NCBI GenBank assembly: GCA_964633055.1
Contig: CAZWEW010000001.1
Span: 1-61,413 of the forward strand
Direction of reading: 5' to 3'
Source of the DNA: an uncultured Woeseia sp.
GTDB lineage: Bacteria; Pseudomonadota; Gammaproteobacteria; Steroidobacterales; Woeseiaceae
Length of the DNA stretch: 61,413 nt
Part shown: piece by piece, positions 18,563-28,824 of the stretch
Position numbering within the stretch: position 1 is the stretch's first letter
Layout: every line of letters starts with the position of its first letter
Made by a program: the position numbers and the translations under genes
Notes under the pieces: generated by a model
Told to the model about the DNA's origin: nothing
Seen by the model: the letters and a program-made list of their open reading frames with translations, nothing else
Databases searched by the model: none

Positions 18563-19843
18563 CTAGAGGAATCTCTCCACGCGGAAATCATGGAGCAATT
18601 CCGACGTTCCGTTCCCAAGGATTTCCATCGATGCGAGCAGGCCGACGATGGGCGCAAGCGTGATACCTGAATGCATCGACGCAAGGAATACTCGGGGGTT
18701 ACCAGGCACGTGCCCAATGACGGGTAGGCCATCGAGGGGCAGCGGCCGCCAGCCCACGCCGATACGTCCGACGTCGGTATCATCGAGTGCAGCGACATAC
18801 TTTGCAGCAGTCTCCATAACGCGACGTGCATGCTGGACCGCCAGCTCCGTGTTTGGATAGGCGTTGGGGCGACCGGCGACGTAAGCAAGATGTTGCTCGG
18901 TCTGCGGTGCGCCGGTCTTTTCACCTATGACCACGCGACCGTCCGGTAACTGGTGGAAGTGAGAGTCGCTGGTATAGCAGACTGTGTTCAGAAGTGGACC
19001 TATTGGTTGGGTGGTGACGATGATGCCGGGTGTTGCGGGCACGACAAGATCGGTGCCGAGATCAATCATTCGTCCGATTTCGTTTGCATTTGCGCCCGCC
19101 GCAACGACCACCAGGTCAGACTCAAATTCACCGCCGGTGCTGACGACACGGGCCCGTTCGGAATCAAAGTCGATCGAAGTCACCTCAGCTGGCGCAACAA
19201 GCGTGCCCCCGTTCTCGATGGTGCCGTCGACCAGTGCATGCGTGGTTGCCGCCGGGTCGACAGCGCCATCGGCCCACGACCAGGCAAATTCATCGGTGTC
19301 CGGCGACAGCGCCGGTTCCAGTCGGGATACGGCGGCGGCGTTGATCATTGACACAGATTCATGTTGTGCGGTGAGTCGACGAATGCCGTCACGGATATCC
19401 TGCATTTCACCGTCCGTGTGATACCACTCGAGGCTACCACCCCAGCGGATAGGAAATTCCAGCTCGGTAGATAACAGTCGATACTCTCGCAGTGAATGTT
19501 TGCGCAGCTCGAAGTAGCTTTCGGGCGCGTCGTACCAGGAGGCATTGAGCCACGCGAACGAGTTGCCTGATGCCTGTGTGGCAACTCCTGTCTTATCGAG
19601 TAGTGTGACCTCACAACCTTCACGGGACAGGTAGTAGCCAATAGATGCGCCGACGATACCGGCACCGATAATGGTGACCCGGTGAATATCACCCAAAGCG
19701 CCAAGAGCCCTGCCAGCCACAGTAATGCCGATCGCGCCGCTTGCCTTTAGGAATTCTCGCCGGTCTAGACTGCGTGGTTCCGTTAGCAAGGATAGCGACC
19801 CAAACGCGGGTGAAATAATCGACTTGTGATCACGCTCTTTCAA
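18563..19843 (-). CDS. Tat-signal FAD-dependent oxidoreductase (DAO / D-amino-acid dehydrogenase-like family)
   Basis: 426 aa. It has the twin-arginine motif DRREFLKASGAIGITVAGRALGA and the dinucleotide fold VTIIGAGIVGASIGYYL. The TTG start overlaps the upstream stop (TTGA). Confidence 0.85.
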   Translation of the reverse strand: MKERDHKSIISPAFGSLSLLTEPRSLDRREFLKASGAIGITVAGRALGALGDIHRVTIIGAGIVGASIGYYLSREGCEVTLLDKTGVATQASGNSFAWLNASWYDAPESYFELRKHSLREYRLLSTELEFPIRWGGSLEWYHTDGEMQDIRDGIRRLTAQHESVSMINAAAVSRLEPALSPDTDEFAWSWADGAVDPAATTHALVDGTIENGGTLVAPAEVTSIDFDSERARVVSTGGEFESDLVVVAAGANANEIGRMIDLGTDLVVPATPGIIVTTQPIGPLLNTVCYTSDSHFHQLPDGRVVIGEKTGAPQTEQHLAYVAGRPNAYPNTELAVQHARRVMETAAKYVAALDDTDVGRIGVGWRPLPLDGLPVIGHVPGNPRVFLASMHSGITLAPIVGLLASMEILGNGTSELLHDFRVERFL

Positions 19844-21213
19844 AACGCGTGGCCGATATTGGTGACGGGTCCGAATGCCGCTCGCTCGGAGTACCAGATG
19901 CCGCCGTCCTTGACCACGATATCGACATAGTCGAGTACCTCGATGTTCCGAAGCGGGTCGCCGTTGACGATGATGATGTCAGCTAGCTTTCCTGGCTCAA
20001 TCGTCCCGATTTCGTCGAATTTTCCGAGGATCTCCGCATTGGTTTTCGTCGCTGCTGAGATCACCTGGATTGGCGTCATCCCGCTGTCGACCAGTGCCGA
20101 CATCTCGCGCCACATTGCCTCGTCGTGCATGTTTAGCGGGCTTGCCGCGTCGGTGCCGACGCCCATATAGGCACCAGCCTGGATGAACTGTTTGGCCGAA
20201 ATTCTCGAGTTGCGTGTTTCCTGCCCGATGTCGTGGTAGTAGGAGAGACGATGATAGTTTTCGAATGAGGCAATGAACGATTCGTAGATGTCCGCTGGCA
20301 TGTCGTCCCGGTAAACGGGGTCATACAGTTTCTCCGGGAAAGCATTCGTCGCCGGCCAGACCCAGATGCGGTGGGCAATTGTCTGCACGACCGGAATGTT
20401 CTTGTGCGCGATTTCTGACAACAGTGCGTCGTCGTAAGGTGGATTACGTGCAGAACCGACGTGCTGGAACACATCTACGCCGGCATCGATCGCCATCCGA
20501 ATGGCTTCGGGATCGTAGAGGTGTGCGTGCACCTTGATGCCCGATTTATGGGCCTCCTCGACGACCGCACGATAGTCATCAGCCGTTAGTCCGACCCATA
20601 CCTTGATGACGTCGGCCCCGCGGTTGATCAGCTCCCGCGTGTTTTTCGCGGCGTCGCGCGGCGAGTCGATCACGATTTCATACTCGTCAGGCACCGTGTC
20701 GTAGTCGACGCGAGTGATCCAGGGGCCCGAGAGGGTGAGTCGAGGCCCCGGAAATTCACCCCGCCTGACACGCTCGCGAAAATCGAATGCTTGGAATGGC
20801 GCGCCCAGGTCGAGACCACTTGTGACACCGGCACGCATCATTTGCTTTGCGGCTACCTGCATGAAACGACCCAGGTTATCCATGTCGCCGATCAGTTTGT
20901 AATAGTCTTCGTAGGAGCCGTGACCGATGAGGTCGATGTGCATGTGTGCGTCAATCAGCCCAGGCATGACGGTGCGGCCGCCCGCATCGATGATTACGGC
21001 ATTCTCCGGAATCTTTGTGTTGTGCCTTTGGCCAACCTGCGTGATCAACCCGTTTTCGAAAACGACGACCGAATGGTGTATCGGTGGCGCCTCGTAACCG
21101 TCGAGCAGCTTGCCGCCGACGATTGCGACGGGCACGTTCGGTCGCAGGTTTTGCTGGGCGGGTAAATCGGGCGCCAGGAGCAACACCACGATAATGCAGG
21201 TCAGGATTCGCAT
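19840..21213 (-). CDS. Secreted metal-dependent amidohydrolase (amidohydrolase-1 family)
   Basis: Trimmed to ATG 21213 (MRILTCIIVVLLLAPDLPAQQ, a signal peptide), giving 457 aa. The motif VMPGLIDAHMHI is present, along with downstream His/Asp ligand contexts. Confidence 0.85.
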   Translation of the reverse strand: MRILTCIIVVLLLAPDLPAQQNLRPNVPVAIVGGKLLDGYEAPPIHHSVVVFENGLITQVGQRHNTKIPENAVIIDAGGRTVMPGLIDAHMHIDLIGHGSYEDYYKLIGDMDNLGRFMQVAAKQMMRAGVTSGLDLGAPFQAFDFRERVRRGEFPGPRLTLSGPWITRVDYDTVPDEYEIVIDSPRDAAKNTRELINRGADVIKVWVGLTADDYRAVVEEAHKSGIKVHAHLYDPEAIRMAIDAGVDVFQHVGSARNPPYDDALLSEIAHKNIPVVQTIAHRIWVWPATNAFPEKLYDPVYRDDMPADIYESFIASFENYHRLSYYHDIGQETRNSRISAKQFIQAGAYMGVGTDAASPLNMHDEAMWREMSALVDSGMTPIQVISAATKTNAEILGKFDEIGTIEPGKLADIIIVNGDPLRNIEVLDYVDIVVKDGGIWYSERAAFGPVTNIGHAF

Positions 21214-21283
21214 GTCTTCAGTCCCTCGTGTTTTTCTGCCATTGTACCGGTAGATTTCCGCCATGGCGGCCCAAGGAGGCGGC

Positions 21284-22585
21284 ATGATAAAGACAACGAG
21301 TCTAATCCCGGTATTGGCTCTGCTATCGTTCGCGGTTCAGGCACAGGATGCGAATATTGCTGCCGATCCGAACCGGATGAAGGCAAGGATCGACGCGCTC
21401 GGAGAGTTCGGCAAGAACCCGCAGGGCGGCGTCAGCCGCATTGCCTATTCGGATGCCGATATTGCGGGCAGGCGATACATTACCGTCCTGATGCGGGGGG
21501 CGGGACTGGAAGTGCGTGTCGATACGGCCGGCAACCTCATTGGTAGGCGGGAAGGAAGCGAGGACGGTCTGCCACCAATCATGATTGGTTCGCACATCGA
21601 TTCGGTGCCGGGTGGCGGAAATTATGATGGTGACGTCGGTGTCATCGGCGCCATCGAAGTTGCGCAATTGCTGCATGAACGAGGCATGGTGACCCGTCAT
21701 CCAATTGAAGTGATCAGCTTTACGGACGAGGAGGGTGGCCTTGTAGGCAGTCGCGCGATGGTCGGCAAAATGACCGATGCGGCACTTGGCGTTGTCAGCC
21801 ACAGCGGTATGACCGTTCGCGACGGCATCCGCCACGTCGGTGGCGATCCTGATCGACTTGCTCTCGCTGAAAGAAAAGCCGGAGACATCAAGGCATTCAT
21901 CGAGCTGCATATTGAGCAGGGCGCGATATTGTATGAGGAGGTTGTCGATATTGGCGTCGTCGAAGGTATCGTCGGTATTCGCTGGTGGGATATCGTTATC
22001 GAAGGATTCGCCAATCATGCGGGAACGACGCCGATGAATCGGCGCTGGGACGCGATGGTGACGGCAGCGGAGTTGACCTTGGCGATCAATCGCATCGCGA
22101 CCGAATTGGCGGGACGACAGGTTGCAACGGTTGGCAGGATCCGGGCATTTCCCGGCGCGCCGAACGTGATTCCCGGCAAGGTCGTCATGAGTCTCGAGGT
22201 TCGTGACCTCGATGCCGAGAAGATCCAGCAGGTCTTCGACCTGATTGCGGCGGAAGCAGAGCAAATCAGCGATCTGCGGTCTACCCCGATCCGTTTCGAT
22301 GAAATTGATGTTGCGTCGCCGCCAGCCCCAACCGATCAGCAGATGCGCCGGATTATCTCTGCCTCTGCGGAAGACCTCGGCCTGTCGCACAAGCTGATGC
22401 CATCGGGTGCGGGCCATGACGCACAGGATATGGCACTGATCACGCCGACCGGCATGATATTTGTCCCCAGCCGGGACGGCATCAGCCATTCGCCAAAGGA
22501 ATTTACGACACCGGAAGACATGGCTAATGGCGCGACGGTCCTATTGAAGACGGTGATGTCAGTCGACGGCGGTGCGCTCGAATAG
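21284..22585 (+). CDS. Secreted M20-family amidase (allantoate amidohydrolase / N-carbamoyl-amino-acid hydrolase type)
   Basis: Trimmed to ATG 21284 with an AGGAGG Shine-Dalgarno, giving 433 aa. It has a signal peptide (LIPVLALLSFAVQAQ). The motifs GSHIDSVPGGGNYDGDVGV and SFTDEEGG are typical of this family. Confidence 0.85.
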   Translation: MIKTTSLIPVLALLSFAVQAQDANIAADPNRMKARIDALGEFGKNPQGGVSRIAYSDADIAGRRYITVLMRGAGLEVRVDTAGNLIGRREGSEDGLPPIMIGSHIDSVPGGGNYDGDVGVIGAIEVAQLLHERGMVTRHPIEVISFTDEEGGLVGSRAMVGKMTDAALGVVSHSGMTVRDGIRHVGGDPDRLALAERKAGDIKAFIELHIEQGAILYEEVVDIGVVEGIVGIRWWDIVIEGFANHAGTTPMNRRWDAMVTAAELTLAINRIATELAGRQVATVGRIRAFPGAPNVIPGKVVMSLEVRDLDAEKIQQVFDLIAAEAEQISDLRSTPIRFDEIDVASPPAPTDQQMRRIISASAEDLGLSHKLMPSGAGHDAQDMALITPTGMIFVPSRDGISHSPKEFTTPEDMANGATVLLKTVMSVDGGALE

Positions 22586-22645
22586 ACCGCGGACACGAAT
22601 TCGCACAAACGGTTATCATGCTGCCGGAACATCAAGGGAATAATA

Positions 22646-24121
22646 ATGACGACACCGAAATCTCCGTCGATTATTCAGGCCCTCATTCCGGTTGTCGCAC
22701 TCGTCGTGATGCTGGCCTTCTCGGTCTATCTCTTCAGCGATAATTCCTCGCAAGGCCCGAACCAGATCGTGTTGACGCTGGCCGCGGCGATCGCCGCCAT
22801 CGTCGGTATTCGCCTCGGTCATGCATGGGCTGAACTGCAGAAAGCAATTATTGCAGGCATTAGTACCGCGATGACCGCCATCCTGATCCTGCTATCTGTC
22901 GGCGGCCTGATCGGTACATGGCTGATGTCCGGTACCGTGCCGTCACTGATCTACTACGGCCTCGAGCTCCTGAGTCCGCAGTGGTTTTTCGCGGCGACCT
23001 GCCTGATCACCGCCATTGCGGCGCTGGCCACCGGTAGTTCGTGGACCGTGGCAGGCACACTCGGCGTTGCCCTGATCGGTGTGTCGATGGGGCTCGAGCT
23101 CAACCCAGCGATCGCGGCCGGAGCAATCATCTCCGGCGCGTATTTCGGCGACAAGATGTCGCCGCTGTCCGATACGACCAATCTTGCGCCCGCGGTCGTG
23201 CACACAGACATTTTCACTCATATCAGGCATATGGCATGGACCACCGGGCCATCGTTCATAATCGCATTGATCCTGTTCACCGTGATCGGGCTCGGCACCG
23301 ACACGACAGCCGATGCTGCTTCACTCGATTTGCTAAGGACCACGCTGGATAACAGTTTCAACATCACGGTCGTCGCCCTGTTGCCACTCCTGATCGTTCT
23401 GTACATGGCCTACAAAAAGATTCCGCCATTGCCGACCATACTTTTCGGTGCGCTGCTTGGGGGTGTAATGGCGGTGATCCTGCAACCGGAGGGCGTCCTT
23501 GCGGTAGCAGGGTCGCCGGAGCTGTCGAAAGGTCTCGCTCTGTTGAAGGGTGTCTGGCTGGTGCTTGCGGATGGCTATGTTTCGACAACCGGCGTCGAGG
23601 TTGTGGACGACTTGTTAACGCGTGGCGGTATGTCAAGCATGCTCGTGACGATCTGGCTGGTTCTGGCAGCGCTCTCGTTTGGTGCCGTCCTCGAACACAC
23701 GGGCATGCTCATGCGGCTGATTGACGGCGCATTGAAGCGAGCCCAATCTACCGGTTCGCTCGTGACGACGGTCATTTTCAGTTGTATTGGCATCAACATT
23801 GTCGCCGGCGACCAGTACATTTCGATCGTCTTGCCCGGCAAGATGTATCGCGCCGAGTTTGAAAAGCGCAATCTCGATCCCCGCAACCTGTCTCGGGTTA
23901 TCGAGGACTCCGGAACACTGACATCACCGCTGGTGCCTTGGAATACCTGCGGGGCCTATATGTCGGCAACGCTCGGTGTCGCGACGCTTGCCTATCTGCC
24001 CTTTGCTTTCGTCAACCTGATTAACCCGTTGGTTTCTATGTTTTACGGGTTCACCGGGTTTACAATGGTGAAAATTAATGACGCCGACGATGCGGTCGAA
24101 GCAAATGCGGTGACGTCCTGA
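22646..24121 (+). CDS. NhaC-family membrane carrier (second copy)
   Basis: 491 aa and polytopic. NhaC-family stretches are present (GSSWTVAGTLGVALIG, YFGDKMSPLSDTTNLAP, PWNTCGAYM). Confidence 0.85.
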   Translation: MTTPKSPSIIQALIPVVALVVMLAFSVYLFSDNSSQGPNQIVLTLAAAIAAIVGIRLGHAWAELQKAIIAGISTAMTAILILLSVGGLIGTWLMSGTVPSLIYYGLELLSPQWFFAATCLITAIAALATGSSWTVAGTLGVALIGVSMGLELNPAIAAGAIISGAYFGDKMSPLSDTTNLAPAVVHTDIFTHIRHMAWTTGPSFIIALILFTVIGLGTDTTADAASLDLLRTTLDNSFNITVVALLPLLIVLYMAYKKIPPLPTILFGALLGGVMAVILQPEGVLAVAGSPELSKGLALLKGVWLVLADGYVSTTGVEVVDDLLTRGGMSSMLVTIWLVLAALSFGAVLEHTGMLMRLIDGALKRAQSTGSLVTTVIFSCIGINIVAGDQYISIVLPGKMYRAEFEKRNLDPRNLSRVIEDSGTLTSPLVPWNTCGAYMSATLGVATLAYLPFAFVNLINPLVSMFYGFTGFTMVKINDADDAVEANAVTS

Positions 24122-24137
24122 TAAGCAGAGTGACTTC

Positions 24138-25220
24138 TTGAGCACGGAAAACCCGACCGTCAAAAACACGAATGCGCTGATCAGCATGGCTGCGATCGTC
24201 GTCGTCGTATTCGGTATGCAAGCCGCGAGCGTACTGCTGGTCCCGTTCCTGCTTGCCGTTTTCTTTGCGCTGATCGCGCTGAGACCCATGCTCTGGTTGC
24301 AGTCGCAACGCGTGCCGTCGGCACTGGCGGCCTTGTTGATTGTCATCTTCATGATGCTCATCCTGACCCTGGTCGGCAGTATTCTCGGCTCCTCTGTCGG
24401 CGATTTCACGGCGAGGTTGCCTGTCTACCAGGAGCGCTTGGAACTACTAGTCACCGGCATGGGTACGTTTGTCAGCAATCTGCTGGGCGAAGGACAAGGC
24501 TTTCAGAATATTGCCGAGTTGATCGATCCCGGGTTCGCGATGGGCTTTGCAGCGAACATCCTGACCAGTCTCCAGGGCGTTCTGACAAATACTTTCCTGA
24601 TTCTGTTCACGATGGTGTTTATCCTGCTCGAGACGGCCAGCATGGGAGTCAAGGCGAAGGCTGCCTTCGGCATCGGATCGAGTGTTTTCGACGGGTCTCG
24701 CAAGTTTTTGCACAATCTCGGCCGTTACCTCGGGATCAAGACAATCGTGAGCCTGGCGACAGGACTCTGTGCTTGGATCCTGGCGCTGGTCGTCGGCCTC
24801 GACTTTCCGTTGCTATGGGGCATGCTTGCCTTCCTGTTCAACTACGTACCGGCCATCGGTTCGATTATCGCCGCCGTGCCCGCGATTCTCCTGGCGTTGA
24901 TTCAGCTGGGCGTCGGCGAGGCGACGATGACGGCGATCGGCTTTATGGCCATCAATATTTCGTTCGGGAACATCATCGAGCCGCGGTTGATGGGGTACGG
25001 GGTGGGCATCTCGCCACTCGTCGTGTTCGTCGGGTTGATCCTCTGGGGCTGGATCTTTGGCCCCGTCGGGATGCTGTTGTCGGTGCCGCTCACGATGACG
25101 CTCAAGATGGCACTGGAAGCCAGTGATAATGGGCGCTGGATCGCCATCCTGATAGGCTCTGAGCGCGATGCCGAATATGCGCTTTCCCAACGTGTACGGG
25201 AAGAAGAAAACGCGCAATAA
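24138..25220 (+). CDS. AI-2E (PerM / UPF0118) family transporter
   Basis: 360 aa. It starts at TTG 24138 or at an internal ATG. It is polytopic, and the motifs NYVPAIGSIIAAVP and GPVGMLLSVPLT are typical of the family. Confidence 0.8.
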   Translation: MSTENPTVKNTNALISMAAIVVVVFGMQAASVLLVPFLLAVFFALIALRPMLWLQSQRVPSALAALLIVIFMMLILTLVGSILGSSVGDFTARLPVYQERLELLVTGMGTFVSNLLGEGQGFQNIAELIDPGFAMGFAANILTSLQGVLTNTFLILFTMVFILLETASMGVKAKAAFGIGSSVFDGSRKFLHNLGRYLGIKTIVSLATGLCAWILALVVGLDFPLLWGMLAFLFNYVPAIGSIIAAVPAILLALIQLGVGEATMTAIGFMAINISFGNIIEPRLMGYGVGISPLVVFVGLILWGWIFGPVGMLLSVPLTMTLKMALEASDNGRWIAILIGSERDAEYALSQRVREEENAQ

Positions 25221-25247
25221 TCCGTCGGGTTCGACCACACAATTGTT

Positions 25248-26582
25248 TTGACAGGACGCGCTGTGCCAGCTGTTTTCTATCGAGATCCCGGTTCAACCTA
25301 TCCAACTGCAGTGCGCGCCGAGGGCATGTACGTTCACGATAACGCCGGACGTCGTTACCTTGATATGAGTGGCGGCGCCGCGGTCTCATCAGTGGGGCAT
25401 GGTCACCCGAAAGTTGTGTCGGCGATCCAGGAACAAGTCTCGACACTCGCGTTCGCTCACACCGCGTTTTTCACCAATGAGCCGCAGGAGCAGCTTGCAT
25501 CCCGAATTGCTGCACGGTTCCCGGAAAAAGATGCAAGAGTGTGGTTCACGTCGGGTGGATCTGAATCCAACGAATCCGCTCTGAAGATCGCCTGGCAGTA
25601 CTGGCGGGCCAAAGGTAATCCGGAAAAGACGATCGTGATTAGTCGGCAGTTCAGCTATCACGGTGGTACGTTTGGCGCGACATCAATCAGTGGCAGTGTT
25701 TATCGAAGGGCGCCCTACGAAAAAGTGCTCCTTGACTGGCCGCGCATCGCTCCCTGTTATGCGTATCGACATCAGCAAACCGGCGAATCTGCGGAAGATT
25801 ACGGGTGGCGTGCTGCAAGGGAACTGGAGCAGGCGATCCGGGACGCTGGCGCAGACCATGTCGCAGCATTTATCGCGGAGCCGGTTGTCGGAGCAACGCT
25901 AGGTGTCGTGCCACCCGCGCCGGGCTATTTCGAAGAGATTCGCCGTATCTGCGACGACAACGAAGTGTTGTTCATCTCAGACGAAGTTATGTGCGGGAGC
26001 GGCCGCTGCGGTGTGTTTTTCACGCATGCCCAGGAAGGAATTACAGCCGACATCGTTTCGTTGGCGAAAGGGCTCAGCGGAGGCTACCAGCCGCTGGGGG
26101 CCCTGGTAACTCGTGGCGAGATCATGGCGACGATCCGGGACAGTGACGAGCCGTTCGCGCACGGTCATACCTACATTGGTCATCCGATCGCCTGTGCTGC
26201 AGGAGTTGCTGTGCAGGATTGCCTCGACGGCGGGCTTCTCGATTCAGTCGGCAAAAAGGGCACCAGCCTGACAGGTCTGCTGAGGGATCGATTCGGCAAT
26301 CACCGGAACGTCGGCGATATTCGTGGCCGTGGTCTCTTCATCGGGATCGAGTTTGTGGAAGACCGTGACTCAAAGATGGCGTTTCCGGTAGAGAGCGGGA
26401 TCCCTGCGAAGCTCAAGAACGCGGCAATGCAGCATGGGCTGATCTGTTATCCCGGTGGCGGTTCAGTCGACGGGCATGCCGGCGCACACATGCTCATCGC
26501 GCCCCCGTTCATCGCTCAGGATGAGCACTTTGCCGAGCTTGCCGACAAGCTCGACGCCATGTTTACAGATGTGTTTGCGTAG
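25248..26582 (+). CDS. Class III (omega-type) PLP aminotransferase
   Basis: 444 aa from TTG 25248, or GTG 25263. The motifs are GGAAVSSVGHGHP, SGGSESNESALK, ISDEVMCGSGRCG and SLAKGLSGGYQPLG (the PLP lysine). Confidence 0.85.
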   Translation: MTGRAVPAVFYRDPGSTYPTAVRAEGMYVHDNAGRRYLDMSGGAAVSSVGHGHPKVVSAIQEQVSTLAFAHTAFFTNEPQEQLASRIAARFPEKDARVWFTSGGSESNESALKIAWQYWRAKGNPEKTIVISRQFSYHGGTFGATSISGSVYRRAPYEKVLLDWPRIAPCYAYRHQQTGESAEDYGWRAARELEQAIRDAGADHVAAFIAEPVVGATLGVVPPAPGYFEEIRRICDDNEVLFISDEVMCGSGRCGVFFTHAQEGITADIVSLAKGLSGGYQPLGALVTRGEIMATIRDSDEPFAHGHTYIGHPIACAAGVAVQDCLDGGLLDSVGKKGTSLTGLLRDRFGNHRNVGDIRGRGLFIGIEFVEDRDSKMAFPVESGIPAKLKNAAMQHGLICYPGGGSVDGHAGAHMLIAPPFIAQDEHFAELADKLDAMFTDVFA

Positions 26583-27393
26583 GGCCGACCCCTTCATTGT
26601 TATGTGCGCCCCCAATGGGGCTCGCCGCAGTCAGGCGGATCATGGACGGCTGCCAGTAACGCCGGCCGAACTGGCTGATTGTGCCGAATCTATTCTCGCA
26701 GCCGGCGCTTCAATGATGCATGTGCATGTGCGTGACGATGACGGTGCTCACTCGCTTGACGCCGACCGGTATCGCGACGCCATAGTGGCCATACGGGAAC
26801 GTATTGATGACAGTCTCGTTATCCAGGTGACGACAGAAGCCTGCGGCATTTACACGCCTGAATACCAGATGTCTGTCGTCCGTGAACTGCGGCCGGAATC
26901 AGTGTCAGTTGCGCTCAGGGAACTATGTCCAGACAGGGAGTCTGAGCGCAGAGCGGCGGAATTTTATCGGTGGATGTCCGATAACCACGTGATGCCGCAG
27001 CACATCCTGTATTCCGCAGAAGATGTGGCACGCTTCGAGGCACTGCGCGGGAAGGGCGTTATACCCGAAGACAAGCCTTTCGTCCTGTTCGTTCTGGGTC
27101 GTTATGTCGAGAACCTGACCGGTGATGTGTCGGCACTCGAGTCGTTCGTTGACGCTGTTTCCGATGACGTCGTCTGGGCAGTGTGCTGCTTCGGAAGTAC
27201 GGAGCACGATGCGGTCCTGGCTGCGATGCGACAGGGTGGTCATGCACGGGTCGGCTTCGAAAACAATATCGAGATGCCCGATGGTTGCCTGGCAGCAGAT
27301 AACGCTGACCTGGTTGGCCTGGCGACCGGCGCGGCGGAAGACGAGGATCGGGTGCTCGCGACCGCGGACGATGTCCGCCATCTTTTCGGATAG
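26569..27393 (+). CDS. Beta-keto acid cleavage enzyme family (BKACE / DUF849, 3-keto-5-aminohexanoate cleavage enzyme-like)
   Basis: 274 aa from ATG 26569, overlapping the upstream stop by 14 nt. The stretch FIVMCAPNGARRS...LPVTPAELADCAESILAAGASMMHVHVRDDDGAHS is typical of DUF849. Confidence 0.8.
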   Translation: MCLRRADPFIVMCAPNGARRSQADHGRLPVTPAELADCAESILAAGASMMHVHVRDDDGAHSLDADRYRDAIVAIRERIDDSLVIQVTTEACGIYTPEYQMSVVRELRPESVSVALRELCPDRESERRAAEFYRWMSDNHVMPQHILYSAEDVARFEALRGKGVIPEDKPFVLFVLGRYVENLTGDVSALESFVDAVSDDVVWAVCCFGSTEHDAVLAAMRQGGHARVGFENNIEMPDGCLAADNADLVGLATGAAEDEDRVLATADDVRHLFG

Positions 27394-27400
27394 GTAGCCG

Positions 27401-28357
27401 GTGATCAGGGCAGTTGTCACATTCTTGATCTTCGCCGTCGCTCCGGCAGTGGGGCAGGACATCCATTTCGTCGTCCCTGGTGGCGCTGGCGGGGGATGGG
27501 ATTCGACAGCCCGCGGCACTGGCATGGTGTTGCGTCAGGAAGGTCTTATAGACGCAGCGTCGTTCGAGAATATTTCCGGTGCCGGTGGTGGTAAGGCTAT
27601 CGCGATGCTGATCGAAACCGCCGAGCATCGAACCGATACGCTGATGGTCAATTCCACACCGATCATCGTTCGGTCGATCACACGGCTGTTTCCATTTTCC
27701 TATCGCGACCTGACACCTGTCGCGCGCGTCATTGGCGACTACCAGGTGCTCGCGGTGCGAGCGGATTCGGAGATCGAGCATTTCGCCGACCTGCTTGCGC
27801 GATTCCGCGATGATCCCCGCAGCGTCAAAGTGGCCGGCGGTTCGGTGCGCGGCGATCTGGATCACCTTGTACCCGCACTGGCGTTGCGGGCAGCCGGAGA
27901 AGATCCGCGCAAACTTGCCTATGTGCCCTACGATGCGGGTGGTAAGGCACTGGCCGGATTTCTGACCGGCGAAGGTGATGTGTTGTCGACGAGTCTCAGC
28001 GAGGCGATGGAGTATTACCGTGCCGGGGGCCTGCGGATCATCGTTGTCAGCGCACCGGATCGAGTCGCTTCTGCGCCGGCCATCGAGACCTATGTTGAAC
28101 AAGGTATTGATTTCGAATTCGTTAACTGGCGCGGATTTTTTGCGGCGCCCGGCATCGATCCTCATCTTGTGGACCAGTATTCGGGCCTCCTCGCGGACAT
28201 GCTCGAGACGCCCTCGTGGGATGTGTTGCGATCACGAAACGGCTGGCAAAATCTCTACCTAGATCGACACGCATTTACCGCATTCCTCGCGCAGCAGGAA
28301 CACGATATACAAACTCTCCTGATCGAACTTGGATTCCTGCGCGAGGACGGGCGATGA
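27401..28357 (+). CDS. tctC: Tripartite tricarboxylate transporter, periplasmic substrate-binding protein (Bug family)
   Basis: 318 aa with a GTG start and a signal peptide. It has the PGGAGGGWDSTAR motif and sits directly upstream of tctB and tctA. Confidence 0.85.
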   Translation: MIRAVVTFLIFAVAPAVGQDIHFVVPGGAGGGWDSTARGTGMVLRQEGLIDAASFENISGAGGGKAIAMLIETAEHRTDTLMVNSTPIIVRSITRLFPFSYRDLTPVARVIGDYQVLAVRADSEIEHFADLLARFRDDPRSVKVAGGSVRGDLDHLVPALALRAAGEDPRKLAYVPYDAGGKALAGFLTGEGDVLSTSLSEAMEYYRAGGLRIIVVSAPDRVASAPAIETYVEQGIDFEFVNWRGFFAAPGIDPHLVDQYSGLLADMLETPSWDVLRSRNGWQNLYLDRHAFTAFLAQQEHDIQTLLIELGFLREDGR

Positions 28358-28821
28358 GTCACCGCCTGCATTTCATCGCGACGCTCTGCCTGATCGTGCT
28401 GTTTGCCGCCTACGGCCTCGAGGCATTGACCATTCCCTTGTTTCCCGGTCAGGAGGACGAGCCGTTCAAACCGCGAACGATGCCATTTGCACTTGCCATC
28501 ATCGGGGTCGTGCTGGCCGGCATTCGCGCGATGCAACTGTTTGGTGCATCTCCTGAATTGGGTGATGCTCACCCGGGACGCTTGCATTGGCATCCCGTGA
28601 TCCGCCTCTGTCTCGTCATGCTGGCTTACGGCTATCTAATGCCGTCGCTGGGTTTCATCCTGGCGACGACGCTGTTTCTCGTCGCGGGGTTTCTGATTCT
28701 CGGTGAACGCAGGCGTTCCATTCTCCTGTTTCTGCCGCTCGTATTTTCTCTAGTATTTTTTCTGCTGATGACGGAAGGGCTGGGTCTCTACCTGTCGCCC
28801 GGTAGTCTCTGGGGTCCCTGA
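28354..28821 (+). CDS. tctB: Tripartite tricarboxylate transporter, small membrane subunit
   Basis: Trimmed to ATG 28354, which overlaps the tctC stop (ATGA), giving 155 aa. It has four hydrophobic segments and lies between tctC and tctA. Confidence 0.7.
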   Translation: MSHRLHFIATLCLIVLFAAYGLEALTIPLFPGQEDEPFKPRTMPFALAIIGVVLAGIRAMQLFGASPELGDAHPGRLHWHPVIRLCLVMLAYGYLMPSLGFILATTLFLVAGFLILGERRRSILLFLPLVFSLVFFLLMTEGLGLYLSPGSLWGP

Positions 28822-28824
28822 TCG